This document shows positions 38,265-52,624 of a stretch of DNA of 64,000 bases, one piece after another (the stretch's first letter is position 1; each line of letters opens with the position of its first letter). A program made the translations under genes and the position numbers. The notes beneath the pieces are model-generated. The model ran no database searches and was not told the DNA's origin. It saw only the letters and a program-made list of their open reading frames with translations. The stretch spans positions 31,013 to 95,012 of the forward strand of contig PLOF01000107.1 in NCBI GenBank assembly GCA_003142035.1. Reading direction: 5' to 3'. The DNA comes from Candidatus Dormiibacterota bacterium. Its GTDB lineage: Bacteria > Chloroflexota > Dormibacteria > Aeolococcales > Aeolococcaceae.

Positions 38265-39390
38265 GACCCGTCCTCATCTGGATGCTCGACGGAAGCGACC
38301 GTGGCCGCCCGGTCCGGCGATGCCATCGCCGCGGCGATCCGCGAACTGACCCGCTGGCGAGCGGCGAGCGCCGCCACGCGCACGGCGTTGCCGATGGCCT
38401 CGGCGTCACTGCGGCCGTGAGCGATGACCACCTCACCGGCCACTCCGAGCAGCAGCGCGCCCCCAGCCTTGCGGTAATCGACCCGGTCGCGCAGGGGGCG
38501 CAGCTTCGGCTTGAGCAGGGCGCCTCCGACCTTGCCGGTGAGCGATCCACGGGCCTCGCGGGAGATCACCCCGAAGAGAAGCTCGGCGACCCCCTCCGCC
38601 GTCTTGAGGACGACGTTGCCGGTGAAGCCGTCGGTGACCACGACGTCGCAGGAGCCGTTGAAGACGTCACGGCCCTCGACGTTGCCGACGAAGCGGAGCC
38701 GCGCCGACGAGAGCATCCGGTGCGCCTCCAGGACCAGCTCCGAGCCCTTCTCCGCCTCTTCGCCGTTGCTCAGCAGGCCGACGCGGGGATCATCGACCCC
38801 CATCATCAGGCGCGCGTAGATGCTGCCCATCACGCCGAATTGCAGCAGCCAGAGCGGCTTGCAGTCGACGTTGCCGCCGATGTCGAGCAGGAAGGTGGAG
38901 GTGGTGAGGGTCGGGGTGGGGAAGGTCGTCCCGATGGCGGGCCGCGCGACCCCGCGGATGCGCCCCACGGTGAGCAGCGCGGCGGCCAGGGTGGCACCGC
39001 TGTTGCCGGCGGAGACGGCCGCCTGGGCCCGTCCCTCGGCGACCAGGCGGGTGGCGACCACGACGCTGGCGTCCTTCTTGGATCGGACCGCCTGGGCGGG
39101 GTGCTCGTCCATGCCGATCACCGATCCGGCCGGCACGATCTCCACGTGGGTGCGCAGCACCTCCGCGGCGCGGGTCGCATTGTCCGGCAGAGCCCGCCGC
39201 CACTCCTCGGAGAGGGCCTGCAGGCGTTCACGGTCGCCCACGAGCAGCACCCGGATGCCGTCTTTGAGAGCCGCCTCGAGCGCCCCGAGCACGGCCGCCT
39301 GCGGGCCGTTGTCACCGCTCATGGCGTCGACGGCCACGGTGATCGGGGTCGCCGTCGGATGTGTCCCTCCCGGGGTGCCGCTCTGTTCCA

Positions 39391-39391
<1 letters not shown>
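38261..39391 (-). CDS. plsX: phosphate acyltransferase PlsX
   Basis: ITVAVDAMSGDNGPQ (PlsX AVDAMGGD motif). 376 aa. Stop overlaps the gyrA start (38261-38264); its start abuts the gyrB stop (39391). Confidence 0.85.
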
Positions 39392-41517
<2,126 letters not shown>

Positions 41518-41634
41518 TCAATTCTACCAGTGAGCCGCCCTCTGCCGGGTTGCCCGATGCCGCCTCCCCGGCCGGCCGGTTCCCCACCCGCGGGGGGCTG
41601 TGGTCGACCCCCGGGCTGGTCGGACGCCGCCCGG

Positions 41635-41668
41635 GAACGGCTCCGGTCTGGTCAGGGAAGAGCCGTTC
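41635..41668 (+). promoter_or_regulatory. perfect 9-bp inverted repeat GAACGGCTC-N16-GAGCCGTTC in the ligD leader
   Basis: Ends 17 nt upstream of the ligD ATG. Could be an operator or an mRNA hairpin. Confidence 0.35.
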
Positions 41669-41684
41669 CGGGACACTTGGACCC

Positions 41685-44546
41685 ATGGCTCTCGACGAAT
41701 ACCGGCGAAAGCGCGACTTCTCCCGCACGCCCGAGCCGAACGGCGAGGCCGGGAGCCTCGGAGGATCCGACGCTGGCCCCGACCGAGGGCTCTGGGACCG
41801 GCTCCCGGAGGGGGGCCGCTTCTGCGTCCAGATGCACCGGGCGACCCGCCTCCACTACGACTTCCGGCTCGAGCACGGGGGCGTCCTCCTCTCCTGGGCG
41901 ATCCCCCGCGGCCCCTCCCTGGATCCCTCCGCCCGCCGGCTGGCCGTCCAGACCGAGGATCACCCGGTCGACTACGGCGACTTCGAGGGGGTAATCCCCT
42001 CCGGGTACGGGATGGGCACGGTGGAGCTCTGGGACGCCGGCTCCTTCGAGTGGATCCGGGAGTCCGCCGCCGACCCGGATGCCCAGATCAAGGCGGGGGA
42101 CATCAAGTTCCGGCTGGCCGGGCAGAAGCTGCGCGGCGAGTTTGCCCTGGTCAGGATCGGCGGACGCGGCCATCACCCCGGTGCCGGCCCCGGGGCGCAG
42201 CGCAACTTCCTGCTCATCAAGAAGCGGGACGAGGCGGCGGTCGCCGGCCACGACGCCGCCGGAGACGATCGCTCCGTCAAGAGCGGGCGCGCGCTGGCCG
42301 AGATCGCCGCGGCCGGGGGCGGGGACCCGCGCCAGAAGCGACTCCCGGCCGACCGCATGGCTGCGCCTCCGGTGGGTGGCGCCCCGATCGCCGCGCCCGG
42401 CTCCACCTCGCCGCCGGACGGGACCCCCGTCGCCGTGTCCGGCACCGCCTCGACCCCGGGTGGCAGCACGCGGGTCGCGCTCCCCTCCCCGATGCTGGCG
42501 GTCGCAGCCGGCCGGCCATTCTCCCGTGCCGGCTGGATGTACGAGCTGAAGTACGACGGCGTCCGGGCCATCGTCGCCGTCGACGGGTCGGAAGTCCGCG
42601 TGGTGGGCCGGCGCGGCCGGGACGAGACCGGTCGCTATCCGGAGGCCGCCGCCATCCCCGCCCAGCTCCGAGCCACGACCGCTGTCCTGGACTGCGAGAT
42701 CGTGGCCCTCGACGAGGCCGGACATCCCGACTTCGAGAGGCTCCAGTCGCGGATCAACCTCGGGGGCCCCGGCGATGCGACGCGGGCGGCCGCCCGACAT
42801 CCGGTCACCTTCGTCGCCTTCGACCTGCTCTCGCTCGACGGTCGCGATCTGACCGCCACCGAGCTGCGCATCCGCAAGAAGACGCTCCGGGAGCTGGTCG
42901 GCCCCTCCGGGCCGGTGCTCTTCGCCGACCACGTCGAGGAGGACGGCGAGAGCTTCTTTGCCGCGGTCTCCGAGCTGGGACTGGAGGGGATGGTCGCCAA
43001 GCGCGCCGATTCCCTCTACCAGGCGGGCCGGCGCAGCCCCGACTGGATCAAGGTCAAGGCCTGGCAGACCCAAACCTGCGCGATCGCCGGCTGGACCGAG
43101 GGGCATGGCCGGCGGGGACACCTGGGGGCGCTGGTGCTCGCCGTCCGCGGCGCCGGCGGCTGGGAGCACTGCGGTCAGGTCGGCATCGGATTCGGGGAGG
43201 CGACCATCGCCGACCTGCTCCGCCGCATGGGGCCGCTCCGCCGCCCCACCTCGCCGATCACGGCTCCTCCGAGCCTGGCTGAGGCGGTGGCCTGGGTGGA
43301 GCCCCGTCTCGTCTGCGAGGTGCGCCATGCCGGTTGGACGCGGGCGGGTGCCCTCCGGCATCCCGCCTTCCTCGGCCTCCGGGAGGACGCCGAGCCGGAG
43401 GACTGCGTCCGCGAGGAGACGGCTGACGTCGACGCGCTGATCACCCGGGCCGGGCCAGGGCATTCGCCGGCGGCGGTGAGGTTGCGGCCTCCCTCTCCGG
43501 CGCTTTCGCCGCCCACGCCGGAGGCGGCACCGCCCGAGCTCCGGTCCCGAACGCCCCCGTCCGCGGTTGCGCCTGGGGTGACAACGCCCGAGCTCCCGCC
43601 CGAGGTGGCCGAGGCGCTCGAGGCCCTTCCCGGCCTCCGCCCCGACGACTGGTGGCAGATCGGATCGCGGCGGCTGCATCTCACCCATCTCGACAAGCCG
43701 ATCTGGCCCGAGCCCGTCATCACCAAGCGCCGGATGATCGACTACTACGTCCGAATGTCGCCCTACCTCCTGCCGTACCTCCGTGATCGCCCGCTCTCGA
43801 CCCAGGTCTTCCCCGACGGCGTGACCGGTCACTCCTTCTGGCGCAAGGACAAGCCCAGCCACGCTCCGGATTGGATCGACTCCTGGCTCTTCGAGGGCGA
43901 GACCGGGAGCAAGCGGTGGATCCTGGTCCAGGAGGCGGCCACGCTCGGCTGGCTGGCCAACGCCGGTGTCGTCGACCTTCACCCCTGGCATTCCCGGGTC
44001 GACGCCCCCGACCAGCCGGACTGGGCGGTCTACGATCTCGACCCCTTCGAGCCGGCCAGCTTCGACGACGTCCGCGACATCGCCCGGCTGGTGAAGGCCG
44101 CCCTCGACCACCTAGGACTGCGCGGCCTGCTCAAGACGAGCGGCCAGACGGGGCTCCAGATCTACGTGCCGCTCCGCCGCGGCCCCGACTACGCCCGGGT
44201 CCGAGGCTGGGTGGAGGAGGTGGCGCGGGCGATCGGTCGGGTGGAGCCGGATCGGATCAGCTGGGAGTGGGCCGTAAGCCGGCGGGCCGGGAGGATCCGG
44301 ATCGACTACACGCAGAACATCATCAACAAGACGCTGGCCGCCCCCTATTCGCTCCGGCCTCTGCCCGGGGCCACGATCTCGACCCCGCTTGCCTGGGAGG
44401 AGCTGGACGATCCCGATCTCCGCCCCGACCGCTGGACCATCGAGACGATCTGGGACCGCCTCCGGAGCGTCGGGGACCTCTTCACCGGTGTCCTGGACGG
44501 TGACCAGGATCTGCCCCAAGCGGCAGGCCGCTTGGGGACCCCATGA
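41685..44546 (+). CDS. ligD: multidomain ATP-dependent DNA ligase LigD (phosphoesterase-ligase-polymerase)
   Basis: From MALDEYRRKRDFSRTPEP (3'-phosphoesterase hallmark). Ligase KxDG motif MYELKYDGVRAI. A Pro-rich linker precedes the C-terminal primase-polymerase domain. The ORF is open from 41337, but the upstream segment has no homology. Confidence 0.85.
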   Translation: MALDEYRRKRDFSRTPEPNGEAGSLGGSDAGPDRGLWDRLPEGGRFCVQMHRATRLHYDFRLEHGGVLLSWAIPRGPSLDPSARRLAVQTEDHPVDYGDFEGVIPSGYGMGTVELWDAGSFEWIRESAADPDAQIKAGDIKFRLAGQKLRGEFALVRIGGRGHHPGAGPGAQRNFLLIKKRDEAAVAGHDAAGDDRSVKSGRALAEIAAAGGGDPRQKRLPADRMAAPPVGGAPIAAPGSTSPPDGTPVAVSGTASTPGGSTRVALPSPMLAVAAGRPFSRAGWMYELKYDGVRAIVAVDGSEVRVVGRRGRDETGRYPEAAAIPAQLRATTAVLDCEIVALDEAGHPDFERLQSRINLGGPGDATRAAARHPVTFVAFDLLSLDGRDLTATELRIRKKTLRELVGPSGPVLFADHVEEDGESFFAAVSELGLEGMVAKRADSLYQAGRRSPDWIKVKAWQTQTCAIAGWTEGHGRRGHLGALVLAVRGAGGWEHCGQVGIGFGEATIADLLRRMGPLRRPTSPITAPPSLAEAVAWVEPRLVCEVRHAGWTRAGALRHPAFLGLREDAEPEDCVREETADVDALITRAGPGHSPAAVRLRPPSPALSPPTPEAAPPELRSRTPPSAVAPGVTTPELPPEVAEALEALPGLRPDDWWQIGSRRLHLTHLDKPIWPEPVITKRRMIDYYVRMSPYLLPYLRDRPLSTQVFPDGVTGHSFWRKDKPSHAPDWIDSWLFEGETGSKRWILVQEAATLGWLANAGVVDLHPWHSRVDAPDQPDWAVYDLDPFEPASFDDVRDIARLVKAALDHLGLRGLLKTSGQTGLQIYVPLRRGPDYARVRGWVEEVARAIGRVEPDRISWEWAVSRRAGRIRIDYTQNIINKTLAAPYSLRPLPGATISTPLAWEELDDPDLRPDRWTIETIWDRLRSVGDLFTGVLDGDQDLPQAAGRLGTP

Positions 44547-44551
44547 CCATC

Positions 44552-44571
44552 AGGGGGCGCTGCCGCCCCCT
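44552..44571 (+). terminator. GC-rich hairpin after ligD
   Basis: AGGGGGCG-ctgc-CGCCCCCT, an 8-bp stem with a 4-nt loop, 6 nt past the ligD stop. No U-tract. Confidence 0.4.
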
Positions 44572-44713
44572 CGCCCCCGTGGCAGAGCCACGCGGGGCTC
44601 ACCCCTGGCTCGGCGCGACTCCGCGCCGTTTGCGGTTCGCGCTCGACGCCGGAGCCGGGTGACGCCGCCGCGCCGCCACCGCTCGCTCCGGCGCAGGCCA
44701 TAGAATTTCCCGC

Positions 44714-45241
44714 ATGGCTGTGCTGCTCCTCAATGCCTCACTACAGCCGTTGAACGTGATCAGCCATCGGAGGCTGGTCGTGCTGCTGAGCAAGGAGCGG
44801 GTCGCCTGCCTGGACGCGGACGCGGAGGTCCGCGCCGCGGCGGCCCTCCAGGACCGCCGCATCCCCGAGGACGTGGTCATCGTGCGCCTGCTCCGCAACA
44901 TCCACGTTCCACGCCGGGTGCTCCGGCCCAACCGGCGCAACCTGCTGCTTCGCGACGACAACACCTGCCAGTACTGCGGCATGGTCGCCCTTCCCGCGGA
45001 GCTCACCGTGGATCACGTCATACCCGTCTCGCGGGGCGGTGCGCCGGACCGCTGGGACAACGTGGTGCTGGCCTGCAAGCGGTGCAATTGGCGGAAGGCC
45101 GATCACCTCCCCGCCGAGGTGGGGATGCACCTTCTCCGTGCGCCCGGGCCGCTCACTCAGGAGTACGCCCACATCATCTTCCTGCGCTATCCGGCGCTCA
45201 AAGCGGCCTACGACGCGTACTGCGCCACTGCCGCCGCCTAG
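44714..45241 (+). CDS. HNH endonuclease
   Basis: CQYCG...DHVIPVSRGGAPDRWDNVVLACKRCNWRK, an HNH/ββα-Me motif with a Zn Cys4. 175 aa. Confidence 0.8.
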   Translation: MAVLLLNASLQPLNVISHRRLVVLLSKERVACLDADAEVRAAAALQDRRIPEDVVIVRLLRNIHVPRRVLRPNRRNLLLRDDNTCQYCGMVALPAELTVDHVIPVSRGGAPDRWDNVVLACKRCNWRKADHLPAEVGMHLLRAPGPLTQEYAHIIFLRYPALKAAYDAYCATAAA

Positions 45242-45353
45242 CAGGGTGCGGAAGAACCCCCCAAGGTCCTGCCGCGCCGCGCGGCGAGGGGGCCGGCCGT
45301 GCTTCTCAGAGACCTCTCATCCAATCGCAAGCTTCGGGGCGTAGGGTTTTGAG

Positions 45354-46190
45354 ATGACCCACCGCCCCCGGAGCCGTCTTGTGCTGGCCTCGGCCATCTC
45401 CCTGGGAGCCGCTCTGATCGCGGTGCTCGCCCCCTGGGACGCCCGGGCCACCTCGCCGGCCGCCGGCCAGACAACCGCCCACTCGCGGTCGGTATCGGTC
45501 CTCGCGGTCCACCCCCCGGTGACGTCGAGGCCGACCGCGACCTCGGCGCCGAAGCTGGCCACGACGCCCACCCTGGCGGAGCCCCCCCTGGTCAACCTCT
45601 CCGAGGTCCAGGTTCCCATCACCTACCACTCCCAGCAGGACGGCGACTGGTGCGACCCCACAGACATCGAGATGTGGCTCCAGGCCGACGGCGTCCCGCT
45701 CCACGGGCTCGACGACTACGCCATCCAGCAGGGCTTCTGGAACTACGAGCTCGCCAACAACGACGGCTACACGCTCTCGCAATGGAACGCCTCTCCCTAC
45801 GCCGTCGCCCTCACCCTCGACCACTTCGGCGGATGGGACGACATCGGTGACGACCCGCAGCCGACCGCGGAGGCCGCGGGCGTGGTCATCTCGTACAGCC
45901 TGGACATGCTCGAGCAGCCGGTCATCGTCATGGTCGACGGTGGCGCGCACTACGTCCTGGTCACCGGCGTCGACCTGAGCGTTGGGGGCGCGGACGCTCC
46001 GCCCCTCTCGGTCACGATCGACGACCCGCTCGCCTACGGCGTTGCCGGCACTCCTCCGGTCGGTTCCGACGGGACCGAGACCATGAGCTGGGACGCCTTC
46101 ACGGACTGGTACACGGCCAACACCGCCCACGGCGGTGTCTGGGCCGGGGAGTGGGTGCTCATCGCCGCCGGCATCCCGTTGGTCGGCTGA
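45354..46190 (+). CDS. secreted protein with C39-like (papain-fold) peptidase domain
   Basis: Signal peptide LVLASAISLGAALIAVLAPWDARA. YHSQQDGDWCDPTDIEMWL resembles the Peptidase_C39_2 Q...C.PT..M.L catalytic region. 278 aa. Confidence 0.45.
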   Translation: MTHRPRSRLVLASAISLGAALIAVLAPWDARATSPAAGQTTAHSRSVSVLAVHPPVTSRPTATSAPKLATTPTLAEPPLVNLSEVQVPITYHSQQDGDWCDPTDIEMWLQADGVPLHGLDDYAIQQGFWNYELANNDGYTLSQWNASPYAVALTLDHFGGWDDIGDDPQPTAEAAGVVISYSLDMLEQPVIVMVDGGAHYVLVTGVDLSVGGADAPPLSVTIDDPLAYGVAGTPPVGSDGTETMSWDAFTDWYTANTAHGGVWAGEWVLIAAGIPLVG

Positions 46191-46240
46191 ACAGCCACGC
46201 CGGGGAGCCGGCCTGGGCAGATCGAGCGCAGCGCGGCACC

Positions 46241-46268
46241 TTCACTTTAGATAGTTAGTCTATATAAT
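46241..46268 (+). promoter_or_regulatory. sigma-70-type promoter for acnA (TTCACT-16-TATAAT)
   Basis: Conspicuously AT-rich island ttcactttagatagttagtctatataatcatc in a 72% GC genome. Perfect -10 consensus about 80 nt upstream of the acnA start. Confidence 0.5.
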
Positions 46269-46350
46269 CATCTCCACACCCGGTCGCGCCGGGGTGAGGG
46301 GCCCGGAGTGGCAGGATGGGCTGCCCAGGACGTCGACGCGTGGAGGTGAG

Positions 46351-49044
<2,694 letters not shown>

Positions 49045-49119
49045 CCCAACTCGCGCAGGGGGTTCTTCCGCACCCTGCTAGACTGTGACTCAAACATTCG
49101 TGTGTAGGTCGACGAACAC

Positions 49120-50808
49120 GTGAAGCCCGCATCCCGCCGCTGGGAGATCAGCGAAGCCCTCCCCATCCCCGGGCAGCCGCCCGTGCTCGGCCGCGTCCTG
49201 GCGGGTCGAGGTCTGGACGGCGCTGAAGCTGCCGCCTTTCTCTCCGGGGGGATGGAGCTGCTCGACCCGTTTGGCCTGGAGGGGATGGCGGATGCCGTCG
49301 TCACCCTCGGGGTGGCCGTCACCGAGGGCCGGCGCATCGCCGTCTACGGGGACTACGACGCCGACGGGGTGACTGCCTGCGCGATGCTGACCCGGGCGCT
49401 GCGGGCGGGCGGCGCCGATGTCCTCCCCTACATCCCCAACCGGATGACCGAGGGCTACGGGCTCCACGCCGCGGCCCTGGAGGAGCTGGCCGCCCAGGGC
49501 GTCCGCTGCGTGGTCACCGTCGACTGCGGGACCAGCTCGGTCGAGGTTGCCGCCAACCGGCCGGCGGGGATGGCCCTGGTGGTCACCGATCACCACCTGC
49601 CACTCGCTCCCGACGGCAGCCCACCCCGGCTGGCGCCCGCCGACGCACTGGTCAACCCCAAGCAGCCGGCCGACAGCTACGGCTTCGACGGACTCGCCGG
49701 GGCCGGGGTGGCCTGGAAGCTGCTCTGCGCCCTGGAGTCCGAGGGGATCGTGCCCTCGGGCCAGGCCGACGCCTTCCTCGGTCTCGCCGCGCTGGGGACG
49801 ATCGCCGACATGATGCCGCTCCGCGGTGAGAACCGGACCATCGTCCGTCGCGGGTTGGGACGAATCCTGGAGCTGCCGGGGCTTCGCGCCCTGGCCCAGG
49901 CCGCAGCCGTCTCCGCCCCCCTCGTCGCCTCCGACATCGCCTTCGGCCTCGCTCCGAGGATCAATGCGGCCGGTCGCATGGAGGACGCCCGCCTGGCCCT
50001 CGACCTCTGCCTGAGCGACGACCCCGACGAGTGCAGCGGCCTGGCCCGCCACCTCGACCAGCAGAACAGGAGCCGCCAGGAGGCCGTCGCGGCGGCTCTG
50101 GCGGAGGCCGAGGTGCGGGTTGCCGAGCTTCCCGACGAGGCGCCGGCAATCGTCATCGGCGACCCGGGCTGGCCGATGGGGATCGTGGGACTGGTGGCTG
50201 GACGCTTGATGGAGCGGTACTCGGTCCCCGCCTTCGTGGTCTGCCTCGACCCCGGCGAGGCCAAGGGGTCGGGCCGCTCGGTCGCCGGGGTTCACATCGT
50301 CCGGGCTCTCGACCATGCCGCCCCCACCCTGCTCCGCTACGGCGGCCACGCCGCGGCGGCCGGTTTCAGCCTGAGGGCGGAGGATTTCGGGCGCTTCCGC
50401 GACCTGATCTCGGAGGCGTGCGCCGAGCAGGCCGCCGGCCGGCCGCGCGAGCGCGTCTTCCACGTCGACAGCGAGATCGGGTGCGCGGACGCGACCCTCG
50501 ACCTCTGCGCCCAGCTCCAGGGGATGGAGCCCTGCGGGATCGGCAACCCCACCCCGCTGCTCGCCATCCGTGGTTGCGAGGTGGTCAGCACGCAGACCTT
50601 TGGCAGAGAGGGGCAGCATGTGAAGGTCGCGCTCCGGGATGGCGAGCGGGGGACGGTGGAGGCGATCGCCTTCAGCAAGCCCGGCCTTGCCGAGCACCTG
50701 CCACGAGGGCGGCGCATCGACGTCTGCTTTGCCCTGGAACGGGACAGCTGGCAGGGACAGGTCCGGGTCCGGGCCCGACTGCGCGACCTGAGACCGGCGC
50801 GAGCCTAG
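49120..50808 (+). CDS. recJ: single-stranded-DNA-specific exonuclease RecJ
   Basis: DHH motifs (VYGDYDADGVTACAML, VVTDHHLP) and a DHHA1 domain. GTG start. 562 aa. Confidence 0.85.
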   Translation: MKPASRRWEISEALPIPGQPPVLGRVLAGRGLDGAEAAAFLSGGMELLDPFGLEGMADAVVTLGVAVTEGRRIAVYGDYDADGVTACAMLTRALRAGGADVLPYIPNRMTEGYGLHAAALEELAAQGVRCVVTVDCGTSSVEVAANRPAGMALVVTDHHLPLAPDGSPPRLAPADALVNPKQPADSYGFDGLAGAGVAWKLLCALESEGIVPSGQADAFLGLAALGTIADMMPLRGENRTIVRRGLGRILELPGLRALAQAAAVSAPLVASDIAFGLAPRINAAGRMEDARLALDLCLSDDPDECSGLARHLDQQNRSRQEAVAAALAEAEVRVAELPDEAPAIVIGDPGWPMGIVGLVAGRLMERYSVPAFVVCLDPGEAKGSGRSVAGVHIVRALDHAAPTLLRYGGHAAAAGFSLRAEDFGRFRDLISEACAEQAAGRPRERVFHVDSEIGCADATLDLCAQLQGMEPCGIGNPTPLLAIRGCEVVSTQTFGREGQHVKVALRDGERGTVEAIAFSKPGLAEHLPRGRRIDVCFALERDSWQGQVRVRARLRDLRPARA

Positions 50809-50874
50809 CGGGGCACCCTACCGAAGGCCGGCGGCGGTGGAGAAGACACTCGGCGTCCCGGCCTGAGCAGTACC

Positions 50875-52467
50875 TCAGCTCGCCTTCCGCTTGCTCCGGG
50901 AGACCGACATCCGTGGGGCCCGCTCGGGCAGCCAGTCGGACCGGCGGCGGCGCTCCCCGGGCTCCAGCGACGGGGAGGTCACCACGGTCTCGGGGACCCA
51001 GTCGGCGAGACGGCGGCGCGGGTGGTCCGGCCCCGAGGGACGGTCGGGGGCGACGAAGATGTGCATGTCGAGATCCTCACCGCAGGCGAGGATGTCCGCG
51101 GTGCGGCGCGGCACGCGCCCGCACGCGACGTGGTGACCGTGCACCTTCCCGTCCTCGTCCACGCCGGTCTGCTCGAAGCGGAAGAGCTCCTGGATCTGGA
51201 CCTCTCCGTGCTCCACGCCGTAGATCTCGGAGATGCTGAGGATGCGCCGGCTGCCGTCGCGCAACCGGCCCTGCTGGACGATGAGGTCGATGGCAGAGCC
51301 GATCTGACCCCGGACGGCCGCGGTGGGAAGCTCGGTGCCGGCCATCAGGACCATGGTCTCCAGCCGGGAGATCGCCTCGTGCGGAGAGCTGGCGTGCAGG
51401 GTGGTCAGTGAGCCGTCGTGCCCGGTCGACATCGCCTGGAGCATGTCCAGCGCCTCACCTCCGCGGCACTCGCCCACGACCAGCCGGTCAGGGCGCATGC
51501 GCAGGGAGCTGATCACCAGGTCGCGGACCAGGATCTGGCCGCGCCCCTCGACGTTGGAGGGGCGTGTCTCCAGGCTCAGCACGTGGCGCTGCCGCAACCG
51601 CAGCTCGGCCGCGTCCTCGATGGTCACGATCCGCTCGTTCTCGGGGATGAAGCTGGAGATGACGTTCAGGGTGGTGGTCTTGCCGACGCCGGTCCCGCCG
51701 CTGATCAGGATGTTGAGCCGGGCCCGCACGCATGCGCGCAGGAAGCCCATCATCTCGGCGGTCGCCGTGCCCTGCTCGATGAGGTCGCTGACCTCGAGGC
51801 CGGTGGTCATGAAGCGCCGGATGGTGAGCGTCGGCCCCTTGAGCGAGACCGGTGGGATGACGACGTGGATCCGGGACCCGTCCTCCAGCCGCGCGTCGAC
51901 CATCGGCGAGCTCTCGTCGATGCGCCGGCCGACCCGGCTCACCATGCGGTCGATGACCTGCATCAGCTGGTCCGCGGTCTCGAACCGGTATGGGGTCAGC
52001 GAGAGGCGCCCGGCTCGCTCGATCCAGATCTCGTCCGGCCCGTTGACCATGATCTCGGTGATCGTGGGGTCGGCGATGAGCCGCTCCAGGGGGCCGAAGC
52101 CGAGCAGCTCGTTGTGGATCCGCGTGACGGTCGCCATCCCCTCGTCGAGGTCGAGGGGCTGTCCGAGCGCGCAGGCGGTCTCATTGACGAGCTCAGCGAG
52201 CCGCTCGCGCACTGCCTGGTCGTTGGTCTCCGACAGATAGGCGGTGTCGTCGACGAGGCGCGCGTGCACCTGCCGGCGCAGCACCTGATAGCGGGTCTCG
52301 CCGGAGTCCTCATCGACCATCTCACGCTCGGTCTGCCGCGCGCCGAGCAGGCGGCTGCTCAGCTGCATCGCGCTGAGCGCGTTGAGGGGCTGCTCGAGGG
52401 CCATCTGCGGGAGCGCAGTGGCCAGCACGTCCAGGCTGCCCCTGTCGGTGGTGTGCCAACGTGGCAT
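50875..52467 (-). CDS. CpaF/TadA-family secretion ATPase (orphan) with Arg-rich C-terminal tail
   Basis: Walker A GGTGVGKTT and a VirB11/TadA-type hexameric ATPase core. No tadB/tadC, flp or cpaE genes nearby. About 60-aa basic C-terminal extension. Confidence 0.75.
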   Translation of the reverse strand: MPRWHTTDRGSLDVLATALPQMALEQPLNALSAMQLSSRLLGARQTEREMVDEDSGETRYQVLRRQVHARLVDDTAYLSETNDQAVRERLAELVNETACALGQPLDLDEGMATVTRIHNELLGFGPLERLIADPTITEIMVNGPDEIWIERAGRLSLTPYRFETADQLMQVIDRMVSRVGRRIDESSPMVDARLEDGSRIHVVIPPVSLKGPTLTIRRFMTTGLEVSDLIEQGTATAEMMGFLRACVRARLNILISGGTGVGKTTTLNVISSFIPENERIVTIEDAAELRLRQRHVLSLETRPSNVEGRGQILVRDLVISSLRMRPDRLVVGECRGGEALDMLQAMSTGHDGSLTTLHASSPHEAISRLETMVLMAGTELPTAAVRGQIGSAIDLIVQQGRLRDGSRRILSISEIYGVEHGEVQIQELFRFEQTGVDEDGKVHGHHVACGRVPRRTADILACGEDLDMHIFVAPDRPSGPDHPRRRLADWVPETVVTSPSLEPGERRRRSDWLPERAPRMSVSRSKRKAS

Positions 52468-52624
52468 CAGATCTCCCTGCGGCTAACTCGTTCCCGAGTG
52501 AGAGTTGCCTCCCCCGCACCTCTCGCTTGCCGACGTCGCGGACTCAATGCGCGTCGTTAGACGCGCCTGATCGTATCACCTCGGACCCCTCCCCGCAATG
52601 AGCAGACGAAGGAGTGTGGGTGCG

